A DNA stretch of 64,000 nt from assembly GCA_951406725.2 (NCBI GenBank), contig OX597821.1:67022001-67086000 (forward strand), in the 5' to 3' direction. The position numbers were made by a program, and so were the translations under genes. Numbering within the stretch: the first letter of the stretch is position 1; each line of letters starts with the position of its first letter. The stretch is from Octopus vulgaris. Lineage: Eukaryota. Below, one piece after another: positions 26,271 to 38,842 of this stretch. Under the pieces are notes generated by a model. That model searched no databases and was not told the origin of the DNA. It worked only from the letters and a program-made list of their open reading frames with translations.

Positions 26271-27034
26271 GCCTTTACGTACATATACATACGTGTGTGT
26301 ACGTGTGTGTATTCAATGAATACAAATTTAATGCTTCAAAAATTGCAAAACTAAAAGAGGATGAAATACAGCTAATGGAACCTATTATTCCATTAACAGT
26401 ATTGTTGTTTGCAAATATTTTCAAGTAAATCTATAAATGTTTTGCTCTCGTTCGAGTTTAAGGGTTAACACTAGAAATCAAATCTATTTCTATTGTATTC
26501 TTTTCTTTTAATAGATTCTCCACTGAAAACATGACGGTACCTTTTGATGAACATCTAGGTAAGAGATTGATAGCAACGAAGAAAGTATTCTCACGCATCA
26601 AATTGAGCGCAAGGCCTGCAACGAAGTGATTTCTGCAAAAAGGATTCACTGAGAGGCTGACTGTTTCAAAATGGTGGGCGGATTAAGAATACTACATCAG
26701 AATTAGAATTGTCATTATGACGGGCTTTCTTACTTGGAAGGGCTTTGATAAATCACTAAATTTCTATACAGAAATTCTATATTAAATGGAGGCCGCATAG
26801 TCAGAAGGATTTACACCTGTAAGTAATTATTCCAGCTACCAGATATAACAACTGAATGCCACCCTACTTGCAACATAGAATATATTACTACCTCAAGTGC
26901 AATAAGCTAGGATGCTATCAGCGAACTGCAGCAATCATGCGTGAACTGGAGCAATGCTGACTTAATTCTAAACGACAACAGAAATTTCTAATTGCCGGTA
27001 CATGTAGAAATAAATTAAAGTGTAAAAAAAGGTG

Positions 27035-27480
27035 TAAGCATAGTTGTATAATTAAGAATTTTATTTCGGAAGTTCCTGGTTTGGATTCACTCCCATTGCA
27101 GGGCTTCTTAGGGAAGTGACATATAGCTTAATCTCGTGTTGACCAATGTCTTGTGGGTAAGGTTTGCAAGTAAAAACTATTAGAAACCCGATGTGAATAT
27201 ATCTATGTATGTGCTTATCAGTTTATCTATCCTGTCGTGTGCGTGCGCGCGATGTTTGTGTTTTATTCTATGAATATAACCATCTGTACGCTTGTCTCCC
27301 TACGAGTTGACAACCGATAACCGATTCCTTATCTAGTGGTTCGGCAAAATATAACCGATAGAGTAAATAGCATATTTAAATTACCTACTGTTACCAGTTT
27401 GCCCGACGAAAATCTCTGTACGGACGGTGGCCCAGCTTAGCCACAGTTCCATAATAAAGAACATTGAAAAGAATTAAAGC
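27035..27480 (+). mobile_element. Old, diverged SINE family A
   Basis: Residual GACCAATGTCTTGTG, TTGACAACCGAT, GGTTCGGCAAAA, CGGTGGCCCAGCTTAGCCACAG in family order. Confidence 0.6.
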
Positions 27481-28180
27481 AAAATAAAGGAATTCTTTCG
27501 GCACCATTCACATGTTGAATAACGGTTGTTTATTTGGTTATACATATTTAATGAATGGAACATTAAAAAACCAAACTTTATTCAAAAATGAAGAAAATTT
27601 TGTTGTGATGGTAGTAGTAGTAGTAGTAGTAGTAGTAGATTGTGGTGAGAAATACTGAGACCTGTCATGCGTGAAAACTTAATAAATGAAGTAAGAGCTA
27701 ACATACTTGATGTAATAAAGCAAGAAATTTAATTAATTAAAATTTCATCCTTAGTGATGCGAGCAAATCTTTATCTATATGATCAAAAATACTATGAAGG
27801 AAGAAGACAAAATATTATTAACTAATGATTCGTAATATTTTATATTATATTTTGAATTTTTTTTCATTGGCAATTACAAGCCAACTTTTAGATTTGAGCG
27901 TTGGAGAGTTCCTCTTTATCCTAATTGCTTCAATGATCTCAACTGATCGCAGTTTCTCATCTCACGGGGACGCTACTCTATTTGAGTCTATGTAGAAATC
28001 GTTCCTGTGTAACTTTTCCGCGGATATACTGTTATCCTTCCTAAGACATCTCACTAGAATTACTATGATTGGCTATTATTTCATCACGTGACAATAATTG
28101 AACTCTTTCAATACATTGAAAAAGATGAGTAAGTATTAAAGGTCATTAGTATTTTATCCATTATATATAGTACCAGAGAG

Positions 28181-28207
28181 ACCGCTTTGCGGGCGGTTTT
28201 CTGCTAG
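28181..28207 (+). mobile_element. Helitron-like 3' terminus
   Basis: GC-rich hairpin ACCGC-TTTGCGG-GCGGT, a 6-nt spacer, then CTAG. The 5' extent is not definable. Confidence 0.4.
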
Positions 28208-30021
28208 CCCGTCGGTAATATTTTCACATTTGATTACCGATTCTAATAATTTTTTTATATTTTACGTCTAATTATTTCTTTCTATAACAGTGCTCACTTG
28301 CCTAGTAAATATAGCCTTCATTATTTTATCAGTCACAATCTCTCTCTTTTAAACAAACACCTCGGAAGTCCAACAACAGAGGGTGAGGTAATTTGTCAAG
28401 TTTTACCTGCCCCTCAAAGAAACATAAAGATTACAATTCAGCAGCCTTTCGGTAAACTTTTCAGTGTGTGTGTGTCTAAGAGAGAGAGAGAGAGGTGGTT
28501 GGAGAAAGAACATTCTAAACAATGAATAAAATAAACATGGAATGAAAACATCGTATAAATAAAAGGGCATTACTACAGATGTATACGGCCCCGAATTTGT
28601 TGCCTCATAATATTCAGAAAAATGGATAATTTTAAACAAAATTTTCTACAAATACCGCTTAGATGTTGTGGCTTCAGAGTTTATAGGAGTTTATGGGAAG
28701 GAATTTTTTCGAGGAGGTGGAGAGAGGAGTTTTGTAAAATTCACACGATCTGATTTTTTCATTCATAACTTTAAGGAAAATGGGTATCTTTTAAGGAAAA
28801 TTTATACAAATCCCTTTCAAGCAGCATAGATTACGATTTGAAATAAATTTGTAGGGAAAATTTTTCGGAGATTTTCCTCATTTTTTTAAAAACCACAGCC
28901 TTCGAAATGATGAGTGGGCGTAGGGGTGGGGTAATCTTTGTATGAAAAAAAGTTTTGAAAATTATATTTTTTTACAACCCCACCTACATTATGATCCCTA
29001 CTCCGGTCCAAATTTTTGCCAATTTTGTTTTCACACTTCCAAACCACGAGAAGAACATTTTCGGTAAAAAAAAAAAACATTGCTAATATTTTCAGAGGGA
29101 AAGGAGTGATTTAAGGACGATTTGGCTGTTGTTTCCAGCGTGTCCAAAGAAAACCCTCCTCGTTTCTTTACCACTCTCGCATGCATTGATGTTTTTCAAT
29201 ATTTTCCCCCATAAATACATTTAAATGCTGTAAAAAAGAAAATTTGAGGGATTATGAATTTTTGGTAACCCCATTCCCTGCCCCCGATTATCTCTTTTAG
29301 AAATTAAAATATTGGAGAGCCTGAGAAGGTGATTGCTGGCATTTATCAACAGTGATTTTTTTAAAATACGGAGAGGTGCTTGCATAGCAAGTTACTTGAT
29401 CTGAGATCGTGTGCTAAAACAAAAACAATTGCAGCGTGGAAGTTGTTTGTAAGCCATTCAAGATAACACAAAAGCCGTCAGTTTCAGTTCAACATTAAAT
29501 TTCGTTTGTGTCAAAATATTTACGTTGCCTTTAAACAGTGACCTGTTCACTGACAAAACTTCTCAAAAGTGATGCAGCACGAAGTTTTGTCGGTGAACAG
29601 TTCGCGGTTTCAAAGCAACGGTGGAGGTAAAATTTTAGATTACGATTTATTTTGCTGTTTCTCTTCCACCTATGGACGCCGCGTGTGTTACTTCGGCATC
29701 ATCATGCCAAAAAATGTGTTTAATGGGAGAGAAATATTGAAAAAACATCAATACAAGCAAGAGTGAAAAAGGAGGGTGATTTGTGTTGTGCTAGAAACAA
29801 CAGCGAAACCTACATTGAATTGTTAATGTTTCTTGTAATATCAAGCTGCTGCGCAAAACTTGCTTCACACATAATTATTTCTCGGGCGGCTCCACGAATT
29901 CCCAGAAAATAACCTGCAAAATCGTATAAAAAGACAAAAGAAGAAGAAAAAGACAAAAATAATCTGTATGATAAAGGCACGTGAGCCGAAATCCTAAAAA
30001 TGTGTGTATGTGTTTGTATGC

Positions 30022-30052
<31 letters not shown>

Positions 30053-30869
30053 TGTGTATGTATGTGAGAGTCTATGTATGCGTGTGTATGCATGTATGTA
30101 TATATATGTATTTATGTACATCTATATATTTATGTGTGTGTCTGCTTTCATAATTCCTTATTTGGAGATAACTATACATATATATATACGTATATATGAA
30201 CACACACATACACACACACACATATGGGTATATATATATATATATAAACACACACACACATACACACATACATACATACACGCATACGTACATATATACA
30301 TAGGTACGTACATACATACATACATACATACATACATACATACATACATACATACATACGAGGTGCATACTGCAGTTACTCCTCAGGCCAAGGTTATTTG
30401 ATTGAATGAAGTTGACGTTAGGAGGCCCATCTTAGCAGATTCGTGTTTTCCGTGTGTTAAAATGAGCCTCATAACGACAGGATAAACGTCATGTAATCAA
30501 CATATCCTAGTGCTGAAGAGTAAGTCTGCATACTTCTTACTATGAAACATGTGAAGCTCGGGTATTACTTACTCTATTCCTTACGACTTAGATTTTTATT
30601 CGCCTACCTAGCAACCTTGGCTGCCTAATGTGAAATATAAAATAATTTCTTTCAGCTTATCGTGTTTCGATACGGAAAAAAAAATCCACAACATTCCGCC
30701 CCAATAAATCACTATTCTTCTTGAAAGTAATTTTTTTAAATATTTTCTACAGATTGCTTGAAGATCACATTCTCCTAATAACATGATCCTTGGATCTTTC
30801 ATTTATATAGATTTAGATATAGATATACATACACACACACATTATATATATATAACGCCATGATATATA

Positions 30870-31062
30870 GTTAGCTCCTACACGCATTTTTTTCTCTCCT
30901 TGTTTCTCTCCTTGATTTTTTTTCTGTGTATCTTTCTGTCGAAGAGCGTAGGCTCGAAACGTAAAAGACTTGTTCTATTTCTATTCCTGAGCGCCATACT
31001 AATGCATTTCTTTGTTTGTACTCCACCTGTCTTCGTCTTTTGTTTATTTTCGTAAACCTTCC

Positions 31063-31065
<3 letters not shown>
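30870..31065 (+). mobile_element. Short pLTR-like element with hammerhead-variant motif at 30931-30968
   Basis: tcttt-CTGTCGA-a-gagc-gtag-gctc-GAAAC-GTA-aaaga. Perfect stems I and II; flanked by (TA)n. Confidence 0.7.
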
Positions 31066-31133
<68 letters not shown>

Positions 31134-31225
31134 TAGAATATATATATATATACATATGCATATATAAACATATATATATGCATGCATGTATGTATATATA
31201 AATGTATGTATGTATGTATATATGC

Positions 31226-31258
<33 letters not shown>

Positions 31259-31734
31259 TGTATGTATGTATGTATGTATGTATGTATGTATGCATGTATG
31301 TATGTATACATCAGTGGTAAACGGGAAGATATATCAAGACTCCGGTGATGATTCCAATCACCTGACTTCCGGATAAAGATACGATAAACGAATTTCCTGC
31401 GTTGATAATTTTCATTAACACCATGGAAATATTTCTCTATAGTTACAGGTGAAAACAGGGCAGTGTTTTTAATATTGAACAAGAGTGGCACTGGCGCTTC
31501 TTATATTGCTCCAGGAAGGATGAAGTATAAAGTTGAGAGTAGCGAGTTTCACATAAGCGTGACGTCGTGTGACAATAAAACTAATACTAATTGGTCGTTC
31601 CTTTAATCCATCTTGATAAAAAAAAATAATGATATTGATACATCTGTATATCTATCTGTTTGTGTGCGAATTTATAATTCCATACAAGTAGATAACTACA
31701 CATATATATTCGTATATATGAGAGCAGATAAAAT

Positions 31735-32128
31735 TGGCGAGCTGGCAGAATCGTTAGCACGCCGGGCGAAATGCTTAGCGGTATTTCGTCTGCCGTTACG
31801 TTCCGAGTTCAAATTTCGCCGAGGTCGACTTTGCCTTTCATCCTTTCGGGGTCAATTAAATAAGTACCAGTTACGCACTGGGTTCGATATAATCGACTTA
31901 ATCCCTTTGTCTGTCCTTGTTTATCCTCTCTGTGTTTAGCCCATTGTGGGTAGTAAAGAAATAGGTATTTCTCCCGGTGCTACGTTCTGAGTTCAGATTC
32001 TACCGGAGTCGACTTTGCCTTTTATCCTTTTGGAGTCGATAAATTAAGTACCAGTCGAGTATTGGGGTCGATGGAATAGATTACTCTCCCTCCCCCAAAT
32101 TCTAAGCTTCAGCCTATAGTAGAAAGGA
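31735..32128 (+). mobile_element. SINE family F, dimeric arrangement
   Basis: Full unit to about 31965, then a 5'-truncated unit, as at 7838-8212. Confidence 0.9.
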
Positions 32129-32139
32129 CATACGAGCAC

Positions 32140-32175
<36 letters not shown>

Positions 32176-32237
32176 GCTCACACATGAAGACATACATATA
32201 CATACGTACATATATGTATATATATTTATATGCATAT

Positions 32238-32970
32238 ACATTGGGTCATCCCATAAATAATGCTGGGTTTTTTTCAGTTGCATGAACTAAAACTCGGAGC
32301 GGGGCGGGTTAAACTTTCTGCATAAACTTGGTATAAAAGCAGTTAGTAATTTTCCCTTACCTTATTTTGAGTGCAAGTATTGAAGAGCGCAGTTCGATTT
32401 TGCTTTATGAGTTCAAAATAAGAAACCACGCAACGGAAAGCGCGAAGAATATTAAGGCAGTATATGGGGATCGGACAATAAGTGTAAGCCAGTGGTTCCA
32501 GATATTCCGAGCAGGAAATTACACACTAGAAGACTGGCCTCGTCCTGAAAGATCTGTAGGGCTCGACGAGGACGTCCTGCGAATTCTGGGGTAGGAAAAT
32601 CCCATCGTAACTGTTGAGGAACTAGCAGAGCAGCTTGGATTTGGTCATTCAACCAGTCATTCAAGTTAGTGCTAGAAGAAAAACGACCATCTTTGGTTTC
32701 AAGACGAATGGTGTTCTTCTATCAGGACAATGTTCGGTCATATACAGCGAGGATGGCATTCCAAAGGGTGGAACAGTTTGAATGGGAAACGATGCCCCAC
32801 CCACCATGTTCGTCGGACATTGCGCCATCTGATTATCATTTATTTCGCTGTCTGCAAAATCATTTGGACGGTATGAACTCTGTAGAGACGGTCAGAACAG
32901 TACTGGAGGGGTATTTTACGTCACAGACATGAATTTTGGAAGAAGAGCCTAGCAAATCTACAAGACAGAA
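32238..32970 (+). mobile_element. Internally deleted mariner transposon (pseudogene)
   Basis: ILLYEFK...AKNIKAVYG...WFQIFRAGNYTLED.PR (HTH region) and YQDNVRSY...PHPPCSSDIAPSDYHLF (YSPDLAPSDY motif). Left end CATTGGGTCATCCCATAAATAATGC after TA. Confidence 0.9.
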
Positions 32971-33214
32971 ATGTTTACTTTCTCTTCGTCGTTTTTCAAA
33001 ATTTTAAATTTAACTGTTCAATGTTTTTCGTTTTTGAAATATTGCACTCATAAGCATGGTCATATAATTATACACATACACACGCACGAACACACCCACA
33101 CCCACACGCACACACACACGCATATATATATATATATATATATATGCGTTTAAATATTTGTTGTTTAAATATTTATTGGCTAACCTGGCAATATGACCAT
33201 TCCGAAATATAACA

Positions 33215-33262
<48 letters not shown>

Positions 33263-33264
33263 AG

Positions 33265-33333
<69 letters not shown>

Positions 33334-33357
33334 CATATATATATATATATGCACACA

Positions 33358-34050
33358 CACAGAGTGCCCACAAAGTCACGCACCACTGGAATTATCAAGT
33401 ATGCTTTATTAGCAATGAAGTAGGTAAGCCATTACAACTGTTCAAAACATTGGCCATCTAGCAGTAAACAAGTGTTCATACGGAATTTATAATTGCCACA
33501 GACTCTCAACTAGCACTTCATTCCCGTTGACTTATTCACACGCTTGAACAATTCTCTGAAGAATATGTTCTTGGTCACGAATCTTTTCAGAATAAACAAG
33601 GGGTTTAATATAGCCCCAGAAGAAAAAGTCCATGGGATTTTAAAACTGGAGACCGTGGTACCCATTCAACTGGCCCGCGACGCCCAAGCCCATCTCCGTG
33701 GAAAATGTTCATTCGGAAAATCACGAAAGCGGAATGCATAATGAGGCGGGGCCCAACCCTGCTGAAACCAGACAACATTTCCCCTTTCAAGTGAATGCAC
33801 GTCAGGCATCACCTTGTTGCCCAGCATGTCCAGATACGAATCACCTGTAACAGAGCCATCACAATAAAATGTTCGATTACTTGATTGTGCCAAATTCCAC
33901 ACCACACCATTACCACCCCCCACCGCCTTGTTGATTATCTGCGTCCAGCCATTGAGGATTGGTTTGTGAGTAATATCAGCATTTATGAAAAGAGAGTGTT
34001 AGCAATTTCCCACATTACAGGATGGTGCTTGACTGTACAGCCACACTGTT
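33358..34050 (-). mobile_element. Tc1/mariner (Tc3-like) transposase remnant
   Basis: DGSVTGDSYLDML...VWFQQGWAPPHY...FPRRW, GRRGPVEWVPRSP, PMDFFFWGYIK across frameshifts. Confidence 0.85.
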
Positions 34051-34404
34051 TAAATATATATATATAATAATTATTATTTGAGGGATTAAAATCCAAACTT
34101 ACAAGGAAAAAAATTCAATTTAGAAATACTAAATCAAATTTCACGCAATATAATATATATATTTTAAAAATTAGAAAAAAAAACACCTTTTATCAATTCA
34201 AAATGAACAATTAAATTACACCATCTAGTAAATTACATATAATAGAAATATTAAAATAAAAATAGCAATAAAACGCCAATGATTAAGTAAATTGCAAAAA
34301 AATAATAATAAAAACGTATATAATTTGTATATACGCGTGTGTGGATGGTACGTATGTGTCTGTTGGTCTGTGTAAGTATGTGTGTGTGTGTTTATAGATG
34401 GCTG

Positions 34405-34560
34405 CGAAGGTGCGTGGCATAATGGTCAGAGTGTTGCAATCACAGTTGCTCAATCGTAGGTTCGATTGCCGGTCCCGTGGAGTATTGCGTTCATGAGCAA
34501 CACACACTATTTCATGTTGTCCTGCGATCATTTCTACATCTGACACATGGCACTTTTCTG
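34405..34560 (+). mobile_element. 5' part of CORE-like SINE (B/E head)
   Basis: GAAGGTGCGTGGCATAATGG...GGTTCGATTGCC...TGAGCAACACACTATTTCATGTTG. Confidence 0.6.
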
Positions 34561-34713
34561 CACTTTTAGTGACACATATATTTCATCAATATAAAGTTTC
34601 GAAACCACATCTCTCATTTGATTTCTCATATTGTTGACTACATAGTATAGTAGGGTCAGTTGGCCACATTATGTGAGAAAAACAATTCATTCTGGCATAA
34701 ATTTAAAAAAGAA

Positions 34714-34744
<31 letters not shown>

Positions 34745-34802
34745 TAGACATGCATACATACATATAGATAGATAGATATGCATACATACATATATACATG
34801 TA

Positions 34803-34849
<47 letters not shown>

Positions 34850-35204
34850 TGTATATTATATAATGTATTATATTATGTTATATTATATTATTACAGTTTA
34901 TTATACTATATTATATTACACAGACAAAAAATTTGGTTCTGCGACGATTCAACTAAAAATTTCGGTTTTGTTCCACCATTTATTAGCATTGGCAATTCTG
35001 ATACATTTTTTATTTTTCGTGTGTGTGCGTGTGTGTGCGTGTGTGTGTGCGCGCGCGTGTATGTGTGAGAGGGAGAGAGAGTTTTCTCCAGAAACCGAGA
35101 GACATATATCTGATGTGCTTCATAATAATAATTCCGCATAGAAATAGCATGAAAGAGAACGATTGGGTGAAATACAGAGAAATAATAATATATACATACA
35201 TACA

Positions 35205-35286
<82 letters not shown>

Positions 35287-35292
35287 TATATG

Positions 35293-35330
<38 letters not shown>

Positions 35331-36387
35331 CATACACAGACATACTGATATATACATGCCACATGTTTTGATACGTACAAAAGGTGTGTATGTGTGTATA
35401 CACAGATTGAGAAAGAGAAGACGGGAGAGAGAGGGGGCGACAGAGAGACACAGAGAGAAAGAGGGAGGGAGAATGTTATCGGTAGGCAGTAAACTGGAAC
35501 GTTTGAAAAATTCGTAATCGATAAAGATTGTCTGCTGACCGCCAACTGCTAAACTAATTATGATAGATTATAGATATGGCTGACACTCTATAAGGAATAT
35601 TGTGCCGCGGGTGTGGGGTTGCTAGAGAAAAAAAAATAAAAGACCGGAAATTACTTAAAGATGGAGAGAAAAAGATGAGTAACTGAAAATATTAGTCACT
35701 TTCTATTTACGCCATTATTGCAGCAAGTGGCAATTTTCACATTCTACTTTAGAGAAAAATGTGTTCTATTTAACCCAGCTAAGATCAACCGGTGGTTTTG
35801 GCGTCTCTCGTCTTTATTTACATAGTAAAATTATAGACCTGTCAACAACAGAAAGAGAGAAGTGTTAATTCGTGAATTCACTGACATTCATATTGATAAT
35901 GTCATTCCCATATTGATATGATTTTATCGCAAAACCAGGATATATATGAGCAATTCATATATTTTAAATCGCAAATGGAATAAAAACCGTTGTTCGATCT
36001 GTAGGATTGTGGATTTTTGTGTGTCTTTATTCCTTCAATCATATTCGCTCATTGGCTTGCGGGCAAAGTGTGGGATTGCCATGCACAAATTCCCCTCTGT
36101 ACTTATTTTTAAATCTCATATATATGCTATTTTCACCTTTTTGCCGAACTGCCAACTTGCAAACAAACAACTAAGAACCTGTCAGCCTGTGGTTAAAACG
36201 TCAAAGCATTTTTATCGGTTTATCAAAGAGCGTGAATAATTTTCAATGAATTAGGTTCCTCGCGGGAAACTGATTCATTCAAAATTGTAGGCACTCTTTG
36301 ACAATATATCCGTACAGCGGAGCTATATTACTTTCGCTTGTAATAATATGACATATATATAATATATCATATATATAATATATATCA

Positions 36388-36870
36388 CATATGGCAGCCT
36401 GGTAAGTAGCTTGATTCCCAACCATATGGTTACGGGTTCACTGGTAATGAACAGGTGGCACCGTAATACATCTCCATCGCTAGAAGCTGTGCAAAGACAA
36501 TAACAACAACAGCAACAACTATAAATAATAATAATAATAATAATAATAATGAATATTATGAAGTTGCATAGCATTCTCTTTAATTCCTTTACACACACAC
36601 ACACACACACATACATATATATATATAGCTTGTGTGTGTATGTGTGTGTATCCCCCCTCCCATCACCGCTTGACAACCAGTGTTAGTGTATTTACGTCGC
36701 CGTAACATATTGGTCGGGCTTAAAACACCGATAGAAGAAGTACTAGGCTTTAAAAATAAGTCAATAAGTCTAGGAGTCGATTTGTTCGATTAAAATCTTT
36801 CAAGGCGGTACTACAGTATGGCCGTAGGCAAATGACTGAAACAAATAAAGGAATAAAACAATAGAAGAAT
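36388..36870 (+). mobile_element. SINE family A, interrupted
   Basis: Head fragment at 36388-36443 and 3' half at about 36630-36870, separated by (AAT)n/(CA)n. Confidence 0.7.
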
Positions 36871-37659
36871 AATATATCATATATTATATATTGTATATAA
36901 TGTATCACATATTTTTAATGTATAACTTATCAATAAGTTATGGTAGTGCTGTGAATAATTGACCTGGCGGAAAAGAATTATGTTTAAATGCATGAGTAAC
37001 AGCCATCCTTTTGAAAACGTTGAATAGGATTTGAATGACATTACGCAGTTAATTTCATCAGGATTAGGAACTGTTTACAAGTTCTTTCATTATACATTTG
37101 GTGTATTAGAACGGAGTAACATTTGACACAGTGTTTTTATCTCTACTAAATATTTCACCTTGTCTTCTGAGGTCAACATACGTCGTCGTTCAACATTCTG
37201 GTGCTGATGAAGTAAAGTTCCAAACTAGGCTCGAGTACTAGCAGAACCATTTACATTCACCGATTAGTTCGTTTTTTTTTTTGCCTTCAAATTTCATATA
37301 CAACCACGAGCTGCTTGGGTGGTAGACTTAATGTCACTAGCTTAAACACTACCTCGATAACCATCGAAGAGTCAACACTGTTGCAAACATTAGGGGATTA
37401 TCCCCGGTTTGATGGTATCTTCTATCCATACTGCAAGTGTGGAAGACTGTGAATCCATGACAGCTGTCACAGACATTGCCATTTCTCTTGAATAAGTGAT
37501 ATAATACGTGTATGTGTATATATGTGTGTGTGTATGTGTGTGTGTATGTGTGTGTGTGTGTGTGTGTGCGTGTTTATGCACGTACGTACGTGGTTATGAA
37601 TATAAAGAGGTAACGACCCCATACGGTCACGTATGATATAATGTGGCTATGTATATAAA

Positions 37660-37968
37660 ATAGATGCACTTAGATAATTCCCCTTCAAGGCACACATCTG
37701 GACGAAGATGTATTATGGAAGGCCAGCAGTCTCCCATGAATAACAGCCTACTCTCTCCACGCCACCGATGATATCCACGGGAAGGACAAAGGCTGATACA
37801 GACTGGCACCAGTGACGTCGCAACTCATTTCTACAGATGAGTGAAGTGGAGCAACCTGAAGTGAAATATCTTGCTCAAAAACACAATACAGACACCGGCT
37901 CGGGAATAGAGCTCACTAACTCATGATTTTGAGCCTAACATTCTAATAATTGAGCCATGCACCTTCAT
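37660..37968 (-). mobile_element. SINE family E
   Basis: Colinear with 18741-19075. Confidence 0.85.
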
Positions 37969-38090
37969 AGATATATGAGTGTATATATACATATATATAT
38001 ATTTATATATATATGTATATATATATATATATAACATTATTGGTGAATTGAAGAAATGGAGCTGAACGCAGATTGAACAGAAATCGTTTT

Positions 38091-38182
38091 ATTTCATTCT
38101 ACACGTGTTTCGAAAGGCACAAATTAGCAAAATCCGATTGAATAATGGGACCATATTGTGTCTTTCTCTTCAGGAAGAAAAT
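38091..38182 (-). ncRNA. Type I hammerhead ribozyme motif within a pLTR-like element (about 38033-38545)
   Basis: attttcttc-CTGAAGA-gaaagacacaa-(loop)-ttgtgcctttc-GAAAC-acgt-GTA-gaatgaaat, then AATAAA. Confidence 0.78.
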
Positions 38183-38561
38183 AGGAAATCCGTTGGAAAA
38201 ACAAAAACAGAACAGAGGCGGAGCAAAAACAAATCGAACTATGCTCCTAAGAGCCCATGGCGAAACTGTTTATCAGTGTATGTTGAGAACCGGTGGCTGA
38301 AGAATTCAACGGGTCAGGCATCGGTCAATCATGTGGGTGAGGGTGTGTAGATGTTCTTTGTGACCGAGAATAAAGTTCTGACTATTTAAGGAATATTGGA
38401 TGTTTTATAAGGGGCGAGAAAAAATCTACTTAGAGACGTGTGTGTGTGTATACTGTTCTATATATGTGTGTGTTGGCGTAGGGGTAGAAAACATTTTTTG
38501 TGTCCGTGTGTGCGTTTGATCGTTCGGCTGTCAGTGGCTGTCATATATATATATGAATGAA

Positions 38562-38611
<50 letters not shown>

Positions 38612-38618
38612 TTCATTC

Positions 38619-38661
<43 letters not shown>

Positions 38662-38842
38662 TGAATGTGTGTATATATATATATATACACACACATTCAT
38701 TCATATGTATATATATATATAAATATATATATACATGATAGAAATGTAGAAATAGATGATGAGTAAAGCACCGGCACAATTTGGGTTACCTGTTGATATC
38801 CTTGGATTTATTCCAGGAACTTGCCTATATATACATATATAT

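Noticed and set aside
28520-29300. AT-rich block with internal sub-repeats, Helentron/DINE-like in feel
   Set aside because: No termini or diagnostic hairpins that I could verify.
30507-30557. CTGAAGA...GAAACATGTG hammerhead-like motif
   Set aside because: The triplet is GUG, stem I does not pair and the stem II register is off; at best a decayed copy.
37198-37250. CTGATGA...CAAAC...palindrome, hammerhead-like
   Set aside because: GAAA is broken and stems II and I are unconvincing.
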